Part shown: positions 62,684 through 64,000 of the stretch, one piece after another
Layout: the number at the start of each line of letters is the position of its first letter
Position numbering within the stretch: position 1 is the stretch's first letter
Origin: Raillietiella orientalis
Lineage: Eukaryota
Length of the DNA: 64,000 bases
Direction of reading: 5' to 3'
Assembly: GCA_036172245.1 (NCBI GenBank)
Contig: JAYWIR010000012.1
Coordinates: 3,224,001 to 3,288,000 of the forward strand
Made by a program: the position numbers and the translations under genes
Notes under the pieces: model-generated
Databases searched by the model: none
The model's input: only the letters and a program-made list of their open reading frames with translations
What the model was told of the DNA's origin: nothing

Positions 62684-64000
62684 CCCTCCCCCCCCTTCCC
62701 CCTCCCCTCCCCCCGGATAAATTCTTGCCGGCTCCTAAAGTCTTTATTCTACAGAACTGACAAAAAAGTTATTCGAGTAAGTTTCTGCTTCGATGTTGGG
62801 CTTCTTTGACAGCGAAGATGAATTTCTCTAGCTTTGGATTTCTTTTTCTCTTGAAAGAAAAGAAGTGGAAGGAGGAGGAGGAGGAGGAGGAGGAGGAAAA
62901 AACCGGAATTCTGAATACTCGTCTCATTAACACTGCTCAATTACATCGAGACTCCATATTTAGGCTATTTATCGATCGCGCGATTCATTTCTTCTGTTGC
63001 GACGGATGCGAGCGCGAGAGCAATGCTTTTTGAAACAATGGGATCCTTTGTGCTTTGTTGACGCGCGAAGTTTCCTAATGGAAAAGAAAACCGGCGACCC
63101 TCTTGCCATCCTCGCCAGCATCCCTCGAAATCTTTCGGCTTATCTTTTATGCACCACCAGTTACTTTATTCGTTAAAAGGACAAAAAGGAAAAAGAAGAG
63201 GGAGAAGAAAATCCATATCCCGCTGCGAAATGTATCTTCTCAGTCAGTGGTATCTGTTGCTCGAAGATCGTTCGATCTTCGCCCTTAATACGAGCCACCA
63301 CCCTTTCCCGAGCACGTCTTTCGGCGGGGTACACTCGCGTCTACCAGCGGTCCCTGCGGAAGCTGTACGCCGATCCTCGAGAAATAGTCTCGGTGCCGGC
63401 AGATCGGATTTCTTTTTAGCATTCAAGAGTCGTTTTCGGCTGCGGTAGACAAATAGGACGCTAATCATAAATACAAATATGATTTAGCTCTCCGGAATCT
63501 TCGCTTCGCGAAGTATTACTTCTACTTCTTCAGCGTCATTTGCATTCAGCCCATCTGCATTCTAGATTTGCAAAATGCTTCGAAATTTTCTCCAAGATGT
63601 GTTCATGCAACCCATGCCAATCTCAAAACAGGAATCCTCGTGTGGATGTTTGTTTTTTTTTTGTTTTTGCAAAAAACACACACACACACATACAAAACGC
63701 ATTCCTTTGGGCTTTTCTTTTCCCCTCCCCGTTCCCCGTTCCCAACTCAATTTAATTTACGCAATTTTAAATTAAAAAAAAACAAAAACACAATGCGACA
63801 TTCCCTCTCCTGAAGCCGAAGCCGAAATTTAGCACCCCCCCCCCCAAAAAAAAAACAACAACAAATTCTTACTTTCGCTTAGCTTTCCCTCCCTCTTCCT
63901 CCTCTCCCTATGTTGAAGTACACACGTGGACACGCAACATATAACATGGCCTAACGAATGAGCGATTCAGTACCAGACAGCAAATATAAGTATTTATTGG

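Noticed and set aside
1..64000. CRISPR arrays, rRNA, tRNA or bacterial operons
   Set aside because: None seen; the window is eukaryotic apart from the 232-bp sucA fragment.

Overview
Eukaryotic (arthropod-like) genomic DNA, GC- and CpG-rich over much of its length. The only intact protein-coding gene I can support is a two-exon scratch (Snail superfamily, SNAG + SCRATCH domain + 5 zinc fingers) on the minus strand: exon 1 49079-48803, exon 2 44210-42943, about 514 aa, with a plausible TATA/Inr core promoter and a strong-context uORF. Much of the rest is a graveyard of heavily decayed L1/Tx1-type non-LTR retrotransposon fragments in both orientations, recognised only from scattered, frameshifted APE/RT/zf-RVT motifs (boundaries approximate), plus decayed MULE-type DNA transposon pieces. 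Stand-out oddities: (1) a 117-bp insertion in the scratch intron, flanked by a 12-bp target-site duplication, built as inverted U2 snRNA 5' end + U2 5' end + a 64-nt AATAAA-ending segment + U2 3' continuation, i.e. a U2-flanked mini-retroelement outside a U2 gene, about 80-200 nt from the branch point; (2) a second 36-nt U2 5' fragment ending at the branch-point recognition sequence; (3) a 232-bp, ~34% GC, stop-free fragment of an alphaproteobacterial (Wolbachia-like) sucA gene inserted in a decayed LINE. All homology calls are from motif recognition by eye, not from database searches.
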